Source of the DNA: Mobula hypostoma
Taxonomy: Eukaryota
Length of the DNA: 64,000 bases
Assembly: GCF_963921235.1 (NCBI RefSeq)
Contig: NC_086102.1
Span: 42,036,001 to 42,100,000, forward strand
Direction: 5' to 3'
Shown one piece after another: positions 1-12,562 of the stretch. The notes beneath the pieces are model-generated. The model was not told the origin of the DNA, ran no database searches, and saw only the letters and a list, made by a program, of their open reading frames with translations. The position numbers and the translations under genes were made by a program. Position 1 is the first letter of the stretch. Each line of letters starts with the position of its first letter.

Positions 1-589
1 GGTAGGGGTATAATCACCTGACCAGGCCGAAATATTTATTTCAGATGCAGAATTAGAACATTTTAAACAGGGATTCTAACATCCTACAGTTTTATTCCAC
101 AACAAATGCCTTAGTTAAACCCAAAGATCAGTGTCCACATATTCAGATGAATATAAAAGAATAATTCCTCCCTGCCAGTGGTGTTGCCCCCACTAACCCA
201 GGCATTATTTTAGGATGCCCCAAACTGTCCCTCAGGTCTTTTGGGGCCATTCTGCTATTCACAAACCAATGTAATGGCGTGAGTGAAAATAAATGAAACT
301 GTTTGAAATGCCTGGGTCTAGAATCTTTATTTTTATGAGTTATAAACCAGTAGAGCATGTTAACTGAAGGGATTGTTTAGATTGGCCAAACTAGCGATAG
401 TCTTACAGTTGGGGTGTGTAAATGGTGAACTCCCAAGAACTGCATAACAGGAGGGCAAAGTGTGTGAACTACTGGGAAAACTAGACCACGACAGAACAAG
501 GAGAAGTGACTAACCAGGCAAAGGGGCAAAGCTAGTGGGAGAATTAGCATTGCCAACCTGTTCCGTCACAGTGCCAGACGGGGCAGCTT

Positions 590-682
590 GGCTATCTCAG
601 AAAATGCTGATCTCCTGGTATTTTCACACACAACAGTCTCTAATGGTGCAAGAAACAAAAAAAAAAATCCAGTGAGCAGCAT
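590..682 (+). mobile_element. Tc1-like transposase N-terminal relic
   Basis: Translates to AISENADLLVFSHTTVS..., matching the Tc1 HTH segment also seen at 17340-17531 (SISETADLWEFSHTTVFRV). Confidence 0.6.
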
Positions 683-709
683 TCTACCATTTATCATGTA
701 TTCAGTCAC

Positions 710-799
710 CTTATTTTTTCTTAAATGCAATAGCTTATTTTCAGGATTGAATTTCAATTGCTCCTCTTGTTTCTTTTTAGCCTCAACTGCACTGGCAAA
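710..799 (-). CDS. Probable internal coding exon (90 nt, phase 0/0; FASAVEAKKKQEEQLKFNPENKLLHLRKNK) of an unidentified gene continuing off the left edge
   Basis: Minus strand reads cttCTAATcttttattaAG|TTTGCC...AATAAG|GTgact. It has a branch-like CTAAT, a pyrimidine tract, an open 30-codon frame and charged, helix-like peptide composition, and lies in non-repetitive sequence. Confidence 0.6.
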
Positions 800-1421
800 C
801 TTAATAAAAGATTAGAAGTCATATTAATGGAACCTGGTCTCATAATTAAACTATATCGTACTTGGAGTTCTAAATATGTAATGAGAGCACTATCAGATTA
901 TATTAATAAAATTAGAGATTTGATCTAGAGTCCCAGGCATTACAATAATGAAGTAACTATCTAGCTTTCTGCAGTTGATCAGTGATTTTTAATATTTTAT
1001 ATCAATATCTTGAAAAAAGGTAGTTTGGTAAATCTGCCAATTAGTGAGATCATGACTTATCTGTGGCATAAAATCATTTAAAAAGAACAAGGTATGCTCA
1101 TTCTTGTAAAAAGACCCTAAGCATGAACTCTGTTTCTCTCTGAATATTTCCAGCACCTGCAGGTTTTTGATTACACAAAACCATTTTACCTGCTTGACTC
1201 CTTTATTAATAATGCAATTCCATAAAATTCATTTAAATTTAACCTCTGGCATAAATTACAAGAAATTCCAACTGATATCACTTCATGGTAAATGTTTCCT
1301 CATTAATATTAAAAGGCCTAGACTTAATTTTTAGGTTATAAATTCTAGATTCCACAGCCAGTGCATATAGAGACACTCAGATTTCTTTAATGCCATCAAG
1401 ACTTTAATAAAATCACTTCTA

Positions 1422-1488
1422 CAGTATTGTGCAAAAGTATGAGGTACCCTAGCTATATATACGTGCCTAAGACTTTTACATAATACTA
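1422..1488. mobile_element. ~67-bp Tc1-type micro-MITE
   Basis: TA-CAGTATTGTGCAAAAGT...ACTTTTACATAATACTA-TA palindrome. Related copies lie at 12108 and 12563. Confidence 0.7.
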
Positions 1489-2114
1489 TATGTCAACTTA
1501 AATTCCACAAAATATATTCCTGGTTTATATTGCTTCTACTGTATGTGTAATTTACCTCTCGGAGTCCAGGTATCATTCTGATAGTTCAATAATAATAGTC
1601 ATCTCTCTGCCACCCCAGGCTAAAATATGATTTCATAAGCATGGTAGCCAAAAATACTCATTATATGCTAGGTGAGGTTGAACCAGGTTTTGTAAAGTCA
1701 CAATGTAAACTCTACCTCTTGAATTTTAAAATGTAAACAAGTAATGCTGGAAATGCTCAGTGATTAAACTGTATCTCTCGAAAGACCATTGGGCTGAAAT
1801 ATTAACAATTTCTCTCTGCTTACATACTGGCAAGCTTGCTAATAATTTTAACAATTTTCTCATTAGAACATGGAACGTTACAGGTTCTTCAGCCCATATC
1901 TGTGCCAATCGTGATATCAATGTAATTTGCACATCTGCCTGGCTTGAAGTTTGTGTAGTGGTGTTCCAAAGGGATTTATACTGGGAATTCTGCTGTTTAT
2001 AATATGTATAAATAAGTTCAATGGATATGTGAATGGGTGGATTGTAAGTTTGTAGACCGCTTGGTGGCATTGTAGCTAGTGTTGAAGATTGCCAAAGGAT
2101 ACAAAGTTAAGAGA

Positions 2115-2350
2115 TTTATAAAGACTAGCCTTGTTTGTCACATGTACATCAAAACATGCAGTGAAATGCATTGTTTGTATTATCATTTGTGATGTGCAGG
2201 GGCAGCCCACAAATGTCACCATGCTTCCAGCACCAACATAGCATGCCTACAACTTATTAACCTTAACCTGTATGTCTTTGGAATGTGGGAGCAAACCAGA
2301 GCACCTGGAGAAAATCCACACAGTCACAGGGAGAATGTACAAACTCCTTG
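2115..2350 (-). mobile_element. V-SINE (HE1-like) fragment
   Basis: The reverse complement contains the V-domain motif TTCTCCCTGTGACTGTGTGGATTTTCTCCAGGTGCTCTGGTTTGCTCCCACATTCCAAAGAC. Confidence 0.75.
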
Positions 2351-3056
2351 CATGTATGGGTAGAGTAATGACAGATGGAGTTCAATCTGGCCATGTATGA
2401 GCTGTTGCACTTTAGGAGATCAAATGTAAAGGGACAGTCTACTAATAATGACAAGACACTTAACAGAGGAATAATATGATCCCAGTCCATTGCTCCCTTA
2501 AAACAGCTGCACAGGCTGCATAAACAGATTGCACAGCACTGGAACTTCAGCTCTAATACAAGTCCACAATGCAGCATACTTTCCCTGAGGCACAGCCTTA
2601 ACAGAAGTGAAAAGTTGTACTTCAGTTTAAAATCAACATCCTGAGGTATTACTCATTTAATTGCTTAATAGTTCTCATATCTTCTGGCCTGGAAGCAAAA
2701 GATCAAGCTAATGCTGTGAATCGTAATAACCTATGTGATTGCACTCTTTATCATTCTATCCTGAAGTGTACGCAGTACTGCATTTATTGCCACCAATTTA
2801 AATGGTGACAGACCTTCTGGAATTGCTGAAATTCAAGTGGTGTTGTTATATTATGATGACTTATTCGATTTCAGCTCAGTGAGAGAAAATAAATTTTATG
2901 TCCAACATGCTCATGTGTAAATCCTGAGAGGAACCTGGTGACATGCATTTCTGAAGGAGATTGCAGGCTGTGTGGAAAGAGTTATGCCTGTTGCAGCAAG
3001 GTCTGGCCAATCAAGAAAGCAAACCAAAATAATTCAAAAAAATTTAAATCACCTAC

Positions 3057-3074
3057 CTTGCTGAACAGCATCAA
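3057..3074 (-). CDS. Candidate 18-nt micro-exon (LMLFSK in phase 0)
   Basis: Minus strand reads ctCTGACttgcatctttcAG|TTGATGCTGTTCAGCAAG|GTAGGT, with a strong donor and a frame-preserving length. An alternative acceptor at 3146-3147 would give an 89-nt exon. Confidence 0.35.
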
Positions 3075-3887
3075 CTGAAAGATGCAAGTCAGAGTGGATA
3101 TTTTAAATTTAAATTCCCCTCTGCCGTCTTGTAAACTCCATACATCTGAAATGTATTAACAATCCCAATACTCACAGTTGTTATGGTACAAATGACAAAT
3201 GTTTTAAATACCATGATTTTATCCCAAAAAAACATAAAGACACATATTTGAAGCTTGGGATCAGTACTGACAGATAGGTGGATTAGTAAGGGCTATCAAG
3301 GACAGACAGCACCATTACCCTCACCAAGCTTTGCTGCTACTAAGTGCGATAATGTGTGAGAATAGTGCAGGAAAATCTCTAGAATTCCTCAAAAAGACAT
3401 GATTGCATTTTCTTTATTCATTCATTCATTGGATATGTATATTACGCAACACTATAATTCATTTTCCATTCCTAACTACTCTTGCACTAAGTGGCTTGCA
3501 AGGCTATCTAATGTCTCGTTGGTCTGGGCAAGGGTGAGATTTAATTCTGTAAATGGTCAGCTGTGAAATAATTGGGTTAAATTAACCTTATCCAACATTT
3601 ATCACTTTTCTGTCAGAAGATATTAATATTTTGCTTCTGGGTTTTTAATACCAACATTGATAGATGCTTAATTTCAGAACATATTTATTGTGTTTAAATT
3701 TCCCAGCAGCCACAAAGGGATTTGAACTTGCCTTCACCAATCACAATCCAGTATGGTAACATACGAATATTACCTCATTGTTTCACTCTCTTTTTGCACT
3801 ACTTTTTTAAAATATTTCTTTTTGTAACATCGTCATTTTTTAATCTATTGCACTGTACTGCTGCCGCAAAATAACAAATTTTAAAGA

Positions 3888-4110
3888 TAAAGATTAGCTT
3901 TATTTGTCACATGTACATTGTAACATTGAAATATACAGTGAATTGAGTTCTTTCGTGTCAATGATCAATGTTTGAGGATTGCGCTGGGGCAGCCTGCAAG
4001 TGTTGCTACGATTTTGGCACCAACAGAGCATGCTCACAACTCACTAACCCTATCTGTATATCTTTGGAATATGGGAGGAAACCCTGAAGCACAATAAGAA
4101 ACCCATGTCA
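3888..4110 (-). mobile_element. V-SINE 3' part
   Basis: Same tail (attagctttatttgtcacatgtaca...) and V-domain end (ctttggaatatgggaggaaaac) as 2115-2350. Confidence 0.65.
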
Positions 4111-4974
4111 ACGCTAATAAACCTGATTCTGATATTTGCCTATGAATACTCATGAATACTTTTTGAAAATTGTTATGATTTTTATATTATGTTATACTTT
4201 GCAATGCTAGTAGAATTACTTTTGCAGTTTCATTACAAGTTGGATAAATACTTATTCTCTTCTTCTGGAATGTTATTTTTATTTTAGATTTCAAGACTCC
4301 AAACCCCATCCATTCATTAGTCAAAACAATGTGCAAGACCTATGCTTATTTTGGCACTGTACTTGTATGCCAGCTGCAATAGATGTACAGGCATAATGAA
4401 TAATTCACAGATGATTTATCTGATATAAAGTAGTACTTGGTTTCTGGACAATTCCTTCCATTGCTACTACAGCTTATTAAATTGACACTGACATCTTTAA
4501 TTCCTTCACTGAAGTTCAAAAAATTTATTTTGATAAAAGATGACCAAAGCATGACCTAACAGTGATAATTAAAGTTCTCAAAATGTTAATAGATTGGATA
4601 GAGAGAGAATGGTTCCACTTGTGGGGACAACCATAATAAGAGGCTATAAAATTAATATGGTAACCAAGAAATTCATATAATAAATTTTGATATCCATAAA
4701 GTGGCGAGAATATGGAATGCACTACCATCCAGGAGAGATTGAATCAAGTGGTATATTGAAGGGAAGAATAGACGAGCATAATAGAGGTAGAGGGATAGCC
4801 TGATCAACTTATATGAGAAAAGCCAAGTGGAGCCTGAGTACAGCAGATAATCTAGACCTACTTATGCTGTGTCAGTATGTTTATGTTGGAGTGATACGTT
4901 GGTCCTATTGTCTAAAACTGCAATTGTCTTCATACTCACAATATCAATAATTTTTTGTAGCACATTTGAGTGTC

Positions 4975-4977
<3 letters not shown>

Positions 4978-5008
<31 letters not shown>

Positions 5009-5046
5009 TGTGTGTGTGTGTTTTTGTGTGTGTGTGTATGTGTGTA
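4978..5046. repeat. Imperfect (TG)n microsatellite
   Basis: Direct observation. Confidence 0.95.
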
Positions 5047-5908
5047 TAATGTGAGCACACATTACTCACTGCCCAGGAAATTATAATTAGAAAAATGACA
5101 GTAGGGATAGGCCAGCTGTGTAGGGCAAATGTCTACCTTAAATATTTTGCATTTAATATTCCATGCTCCCTGGTTTGTACCTTCATACACAAATCCAAGG
5201 AGGTAATGAGCTCCTTAGCTAAATCAGGATGTGGGGGATAAAATGCTGTGAATTTAATGGACGTATTGTTAGTACTTTCATTAAGGTTGCAATTTACCTG
5301 TACCATAGTAAAATAAACACACCTCCTTCTGCTGCTCTTTCTCTCCCAACAGCCAATTTCTCACAAAACAGATCTAAAGCTCAATTTGCACTGATTCCTT
5401 ACCACTGAGTTCTGTTTCTTATGTTGTTTCTCTCTTCTGTGTCTCATTGCCTCCCATTCTTGTCCCTCTGTTAGTCTTCAAACACTCTGAGTTCCTTCAT
5501 TTTGCAGGCCAGTGACCTATAATTAGAAAGCGTGCTGCCACCGATTCTAGTCAAAACACCAACAACGTGAACTTGTCAAAATTTTTCTCTTAAACTATGT
5601 AGCATCGAACACAACCAAAGTGACAACATGGAGACACAAGAGACTGTGGATACTGGAATCTAGAGTTAAAACCTGGAAGAACTCAACAAGTCAAACAGCA
5701 TCTGTGGAGGCAAAAAAGGCAAATTGTTGACACTTTGGGTGGAGAGCATTCATCTCAATATTTGAAGAAAAACAATCTAGGCTCTGTGAAAAGAGAATCA
5801 AGTGCTTATTCAACAAAGTTACCCAGATTCTAAATCTAGGAGTGTACAGAATTATGTACTCCCTCTCTAGAACAGAGTTCAGAACTCATTCAAACTACTC
5901 AGCAACAT

Positions 5909-6123
5909 TTATTTATTGAGATTGAATGTGGAACAGGCCCTTCAGGTCCTTTGAGCCACACCACTCAGCAATCCCCAGATTTAAACCCAGCCTTGTCACT
6001 GGACAATTTACAATGACCAACTAACCAACACATACGGTCACAGTCAGAACACACACACTCCTTACAGACAGCAGCAGGAATTGATCCCTAGTCCCTAGTA
6101 CTGCAAAGCATTATGCTAACCAC
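5909..6123 (-). mobile_element. tRNA-derived SINE; its 5' end is displaced to 8041-8056 by nested insertions
   Basis: B-box-like ggaattgatccc. The sequence tgctaaccac at 6114-6123 resumes as aaccactatactacc at 8041. Confidence 0.7.
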
Positions 6124-6132
6124 GCTTTATTG

Positions 6133-7868
6133 CTAACAAGAGAAAATCTGCAGGTGCTGGAAATCTAAGCAATCCACACAAAATGCTGGATGAACTCAGC
6201 AGGCCAGGCAGAATCTATGGAAAAGAATAAACAGTCGTCATTTCAGGTCAAGACCCTTCATCAGCAGTGGAAAAGTGATAAAGAATCAGAGTAAGAAAAT
6301 GTGGGGAGGGGAGGAAGAACCTCAAAATGATAGGTGAAACCGGGAGTGAGGGGAAGGATGAAGTAAAGAGCTGGGATGTTGATTGGTGAAAGAGATACAG
6401 GGCTGGAGGAGGGGGAATCTGATAGGAGGACCGAAGGCCATGGAAGAAAGAAGTGGGGAGCAGCAGATAAGGAGATAGGATGAGAGGGAAATAGGAATGG
6501 GGAATGGTGAAGGGGAGGGTGAGCATCTATGGAAGTTCAAAAATTGACATTCATGCCATCATGTTGGAGGCTACCCAGACGGAATACAAGGTGTTGCTCC
6601 TCCAACCCGAGTGTGGCCTCATCAAGACAGTAGAGGAGGCCATGGACTGACTTGCCGGAATGGGAAGTGGAATTAAGATCGGTGGCCATAGGAAGATTCT
6701 GCTTTTTCTGGCAGATGGAGCATAGGTGCTCGGCAAAGCATTCTCATCTCCCAATCTACATTGGATCCCACTGATATACAGGAGGCCACACCGAGAGCAC
6801 CAGAAAGAGTAGGTGACCCCAACAGACTCATACGTGAAGGGTCACCTCACCTGGAAGGACTGTTTGGGGCCCTAAATGGTAGTGAGGGAGGAAGTGTTAA
6901 GGGCAGGTTTGGCATTTGTTCCACTTGCAAGAATAAGTGCCAGGAAGGAGATCAGTGGGGAGGGACGAATGGACGACAGAGTCAGGTGGGGAGCGATCCC
7001 TGCAGAAAGAAGATAGTGGAACTAGTAAGATGTGTATGGCAGTGGGATCTCGTTGGAAACAGCAGTAGTTAGAGAAAATTATGCGCTGGACGCAGAGGCT
7101 GGTGGGGTGGTAGGTGAGGACAAGAGGAACCCAATCCCTGGTGGGGTGAGGGTAGATCTGCGTGAAATGGAAGAGATGCAGTTGAGGGCAGCGTTGATGG
7201 TGGAAGAAGGGAAGCCCCTTTCTTTGAAGAAGGAGCACATCTCCTTAGTTCTAGAATGAAACATTTCATCCAGACAGCAGATGCGGCAGAGATGGAGGAA
7301 TTGAGAGAAGGCGATGGCATTTTTACAAGTAACAGGGTGGGAAGAGATATTGTCCAGATAGCTGTGAGAATCAGTGGGTTTATAATACACATCAATAGAT
7401 AAGCTGTCTCCATAGACAGAGACAGACTGAGAAAGGGAAGGGAGATGTCGAAAACGAACCAGGTAAATTTGAGGACAGGGTGGAAGTTGGAGGCAAAGTA
7501 GATGAAGTGGATCAGCTCTGCATGGGTGCAGGGAGCAACACCAATGCAGCTGTCGATGTAGCATAGGAAAAGCTGGGGAGCGATACCAGTGTAGGCTTGA
7601 AGCAGAGACTGTTTCACGTAGCTAACAAAAAGGCTGGCACGGTTGGGATCCACCCAAGTGCCCATGGCTACACCTTTTGTTTGAAGGAAGTGAGAGGAGC
7701 CAAAGGTGAAATTATTGGGAGTATGGACAAGTTCCGCCATATGGAGAAGAGTGGTGGTGGAGGGGTGCTAGTTGGGTCTAGTGTCCAGAAAGAAGCAGAG
7801 AGTTTGAGGATAGAGGTGTACAGGGACTGGACATCATGATGAAAGTAATATAATGTAGTGAAATAATA
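6133..7868 (-). mobile_element. 5'-truncated Penelope-like element (Neptune type): RT core, Cys linker, GIY-YIG and hammerhead-bearing 3' tail; frameshifted
   Basis: Peptides include TKGVAMGT...YIDSCIG, VYYKPTDSHSYLD...HPVTCKNAIAFSQFLHLCRIC and GTYSCKWNKCQTCP. The 9-bp TSD GCTTTATTG is at 6124-6132 and 7869-7877. A degenerate HHR lies at ~6232-6269. Confidence 0.9.
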
Positions 7869-8040
7869 GCTTTATTGGTATTTATTTATATCTGCATTTG
7901 CACAGTTTGCTTAGTTTATAGTTCCTAATGTTTCCAGTTACTGTTCTTTAGATTTGCTGAGTATGCCTGCAGAAAAAGAATCTTAGGGTTGTATGTGGTG
8001 ACATGTATGTACTCTAATAGTACATTTTACTTTGAATTTT
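7869..8040 (+). mobile_element. LINE (Rex/L2-like) 3' UTR fragment
   Basis: Reads ...aagaatcttagggttgtatgtggtgacatgtatgtactctaatagtacattttactttgaa, the same tail family as ~36060-36178. It is flanked by a TAACCAC duplication. Confidence 0.65.
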
Positions 8041-8719
8041 AACCACTATACTACCCTGACAGAGCAGCCCAAAATGGCACTTTGTAAAACAAAATCTGTA
8101 GATGATAGAAAGCTCAAATTGTCATTGGCCTGAAACTTCAACAGTGCCTCACTCTCTGCGGATACAGCATATTTAAAACAATTTCCGTCCTCAGGTTACT
8201 TTTCAGATCCTAGAATCTGGAGTAACTTGGTAACAAAACTTTGCAAAACAGTGCAACAAAGAGGTACTTGATCAAAGGAGGCGAAGGCAAAGGGGGAGGG
8301 GGATGTCGGGGGAGGGAAGCGAACGGGACATCGGGGTGATCAACGAAGAGTGAGGTAGATTCGGAGGGAGATTGGTTTAGGAGAAGGAAGGGGATGGATG
8401 GCTAAGCGGGTATAAGGTGCGGTCGGGGAAGATGAAAGTGGTCGAAGGCAGAAAATTTTCGGGGGGAACGGAAAATCTCGAGGAATAGGGAATATCGAGA
8501 GGTGGGAGTCGCGGGGCCACAGGCCGAGGAACGGTGGTAAGAAGTGGAGGGGCGGGGGCGGCTGCAGCAGCCTGTGGCGGTAACTCGCCGGCGGCGACCC
8601 ACCTGCTGAGCACCGCACCCACCGGCACTGCCTCTGGTTTCTCTTGTCCGGTTCTGCTCCCTTCGCCCTCAGCCTGACTCTTATCCTTGTTCCGATCCCG
8701 GAGCTCAAACTTCTCTCAC

Positions 8720-8728
8720 CTCACTCAT
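8720..8728 (-). CDS. Probable first coding exon segment ATG AGT GAG (M-S-E)
   Basis: Minus strand reads aaactATGAGTGAG|GTGAGAG: A at -3 and a consensus-like donor. It lies in the CpG island 15 nt downstream of an X-box, and its phase 0 is compatible with the 710-799 exon. Confidence 0.5.
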
Positions 8729-8743
8729 AGTTTAGTTGTGTCG

Positions 8744-8757
8744 GTTACCCCGGCAAC
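8744..8757. promoter_or_regulatory. RFX X-box (GTTACC-CC-GGCAAC)
   Basis: Exact match to the consensus GTNRCC(N0-3)RGYAAC, next to the putative start codon. Confidence 0.75.
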
Positions 8758-11700
8758 CGCGCATCCGAGCGCCAACAAGACGACAAGCAGCGTCAAGATT
8801 AAAAAGTCCAGTCCTCCGGCTGCAGCCGCCACCTGCCGGGCCTCGATCCTCTTTCTGGTGCTGATCCGTGCTTTCCACGGAGTGAAGGAGCCATTCTGCC
8901 ATGTGGAGAACATCCCAGATACAGTACTTTGCTCATAATTGCTTGCCCTTCCTCTGCACGTTTCCAAATTATACGAGCAATTAAATTAAAACATGTTCTA
9001 TGTTTGCACATGTCCTATGATATTACCCATGTGTGAGAGTAGCATATACAGAATGTTGAAGGAACTCAGCAGTCACGCAGCATCTATGGGAAAGAATTCA
9101 CAGTAGATGTTTCGGACCCATGTGGATTGTTCTAAACAACATATGCAAACAAACAAACAAAAATGTTTTCTTCTGCATCTGAGCCCAAGACATAGGAGGA
9201 AAGCAGTCATTGCGTAAAGGTCTAATAATGCTGGAGATACTCAGCAAGTTTGTAGCATCCACGGAGCTGAATGCAGAATTATTTAAGCTTGCATATGGCT
9301 GCATTTTACCTAATTAAAAAAACGTATGGAGCTTTAGCTAAATGATTTAAAGGAACCAAAGCAGAGAGGTCGCCAATAGGAACGGTGCAGAGAATTAAAG
9401 AGACAGGCAACCAATTGCTCACGGAAATATATCAAAGGAATACTGGCATTCTGGAAAGGGGTCGCTCAATCTGCTTCAAGCTGCCCGGTGAACAGACTGC
9501 CACCTTGAGGAGAGAATGCACTATAGTAAACAGTGAATCAAAAGCAATTCTAGTCAGTATTATGTTGGAAATCATGGGCTCCCTATTTAACATTGAAGTT
9601 GTTGGAAGTGGATTGTGAGGGCAAGAGAAACGTGCCACACTTGGTTCTAGAACGGAGAAAAGCAGCAAGTGTGGGTCAAGGTGCAGAAATAATTGTGCAC
9701 ATTATCATCTGTGGTGATGGAGGCAAAGGGGTATGATAGAATCCTCAGTTAAAGAGAAAAATACTTACGTGTTATGGAAGGTGGCATTATCCAATCTGAC
9801 ACAATGAATAAAGGCGAGAATAATTGGAGTCCTTACTGGAAGCGGGACAGGGGAAATGCAGCCAAAGAAAGTATGGGAGGCAGTGGACTTGCATGGATTC
9901 AGGAATCTTGATGCCAAGTGGATGGGAAATGCATTTTGCAATCAAGGTATAAAAACGGGCATAGGATCCCTATGTTTATATCTTAAGTGCCAAGCTACTC
10001 TTCCTGGCTAATGCCATGGGGTGTTAAATTTTCTCTCAAGTTCAGCACAAACCAGACACAACAATGTAATACATTTTAAAATCTGATACCTTTTATTATA
10101 CTGAGAAACTGGAGCTATGAGTTGACTGCCTCCCAAACATATCTTTTTCATACTTGTATCCTTTCTTTTACTGCCAGGAATGCAAGGGGTTGAAGAAAGT
10201 AATGGATACAGCCCAATCCTAGAGATGCTGCCTGGCCTGCTGTGTTCACCAGCAACTTAATGTGTGTTGCTTGAAATTCCAGCGTCTGCAGATTTCCTCG
10301 TGTATGGGTAATGCTCTCCTCACTTTGTACAGCATAGACAGGAGGCACTGCACCTATCATCAAATAACCTCGGCCTCCAGGTCATGCCCTCTTCCTGTTG
10401 CCAACATCAGGCCTGGTGTTCTGCACCACCTGGTTTAGGAACGACTATTTTCCTAAACCCTTAAAGTTTTTGAATGGAGCTGCACAACCCTGACCCTAGT
10501 TCAGCAACATAAAACTACAGACCACCTCTTACACCAGCACGCACTTGTATCTGATGGCCTTTTTTTGCACTAAGGTCTTGTTTTGTTTCTCTTTCTCCCC
10601 ACTGTCTTGTATAATCTATGTGCAAATTTATATTCTGCTTGTTGTCTGTAGGAAAATGCCTGATGATGCCGCTGAAAGCAGGTTTATCTTTGTACTTGTA
10701 CCTCATCATAGGTGCGCACAACAATGAACCCAACAAACGTAGTGGTTCAATGCTTGTCTTAAATCAGCGGTACCTCTACCTTGGGAGAACGATTTGCTAT
10801 GCTGGTTAGAATGTATTTTTTATTTATTTAGACATACAGCACAATGACATGCCCTTCTGGCCTACCAGCCCGTGCTGCCCAATTACGCCTCAGTAATCTT
10901 CTCCCTGGTTTTAAATCCAAGTGAACTAAAGGAGAATCACTTTCTCTGAAGTCCTGTAGAGATTTATAAGACTTGTAATTACCATGTACTAACAATATTA
11001 AACTTCCAAAAAAAACTGATTCTAATTGACATTAAATCAGTAGTTTTACTCACTAAGGACAGCCGGTCACAAAGAGGATTCCAGAGGAGCAGTGAAATAT
11101 CTGATTGAAATAAAAATCTTGACCATATAAGGAAGAAGCGGTAAAAGCTAAATTATCTGTTAAGATACAGTTGTATCTTAACGTCACTTCTGTTCTGTAC
11201 ATAGATATGTTTAGTGTGCCCATGGTGGGAAGAAGCTTTCATATGCATCTGGGTGATTTTAACTTTAGCTGCCTGGAGCAGCACCAGTAGAAAGGGGCCA
11301 GTGGTCCTATGTGTTGCATGGAGTGGACTAGTTTTAACCTGTACTTTTTACAAGGCGGTAAAGCAACTGCCTGGAAGCTGGCCGCATCACTCTTTAAATA
11401 TGCAGTTTAATATTTGATGATGTTATCAGCCATCAATTGCAATTTTAGTTCCTTCTTGAATGATGAAGTTTGAGTTGGTTTTACTACCTGATGCAGACAT
11501 CAAGAAGAAGGTGTTATTTAATATTATGCCTAAAATTCTGCCATCCAGACTTGGGTGCTCACTGCAAAGCAGTTGGTCCTTCATACCTGCTCTGGCCAGA
11601 AGCACCATTAACGGAAGCAGAAGCAGGCCATAATGCCTTTCAATCCCTGCTCTGCTATTCAAGAAGACTTTGCTCATTCTGTGTCTTGGTCTTGTCCACT

Positions 11701-12107
11701 TGACTGCCTGATACCTCTATCTGTCTACACTTCCTTTGGTGCTTCAAAATTTGTGACCTCAGTTTAGAATATACTCCGCAAGCAAGCATTCACAGGCAGA
11801 GATTCCAAAAATGCCTTGTGTCCTGCCCTAATGGGAGCTACTCTGAGAGATTAAGACTCGTTTCACTGCACACCTGCTCAAATGATGATTCAGACTAAGG
11901 TTGGAGGTTTTAGTCCCAATATCCATTCCTGACTGCCCTCTGCCATAATATTTACTGGTTCTCATTGGAATTACTCGTGTTAAATTGCTTGCCTATCTGC
12001 CTAAGAGTGTCAATGACATGCTTGGACAGTTCATTAATCAGGCAGTGGTTCAAAAGTAGCTAGCTCCAACTTTGAGATGGTCAGTGATAAAGCAGCTGGA
12101 AAAAGTA

Positions 12108-12175
12108 CAGTACTGTTCAAAAGTCTGAGGCACATATATATAGCTAGGCGGCCTTAAGAGTTCTGCATTGTAATG
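12108..12175. mobile_element. Tc1-type micro-MITE
   Basis: TA-CAGTACTGTTCAAAAGTC...TTCTGCATTGTAATG-TA, an imperfect palindrome. Confidence 0.65.
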
Positions 12176-12562
12176 TAGTCATTTGTGCTGATTGCCGCAA
12201 AAAAAACCCAACAAATTTCATGACGTGTGAGTGAAGATAAACCTGATTCTGAAATAGGTTTCTATTGTGGACTGAGAGTGGGAAAGGGGCAGGGAGGGGG
12301 GAATCATGGTTGGGAAAAGGGGAAGAGAGAGTGGAGGGAGTGGAAAGCACCAGAGAGACATTGTGTAATGATCAACACACAGATGACTTTGCCTGGTGTC
12401 TCAGGGCTGGGTGTGTCTGCACCTGTGCCAACTCCCCCCCCCCTCACCCCCACCACCACTCTCTTTCTCTGCCACCTGTCCTCACCCTACCACCCTCACC
12501 ACTCCCAACATCTTTGCTCATGCCAGATTTACAAGTTCGATCTCCGCTCCCATTGACAAGTA

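Larger units (their letters stand above)
8270..8890. promoter_or_regulatory. CpG island / promoter of the minus-strand gene
   Basis: GC- and CpG-rich unique sequence in an otherwise AT-rich, CpG-depleted background. GC box GGGGCGGGGG at ~8549-8558 and G-runs at 8292-8316. Confidence 0.8.

Noticed and set aside
710-799. Assignment to PPP1R36, CCDC122 or CCDC39
   Set aside because: Only faint remembered similarity over a few residues; not enough for a gene symbol.
4430-5370. Additional minus-strand exons at ~4438-4509 and ~5298-5373
   Set aside because: They have a weak donor or are phase-incompatible with the phase-0 model, and the peptides are unrecognisable.
8725-8967. 80-aa ORF with a signal-peptide-like hydrophobic end (LILTLLVVLLALGCAVAG)
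   Set aside because: It has no clear ATG start, overlaps the X-box/promoter and stops before the strong donor. The MSE model fits better, although a GGG|GTAACC donor cannot be fully excluded.
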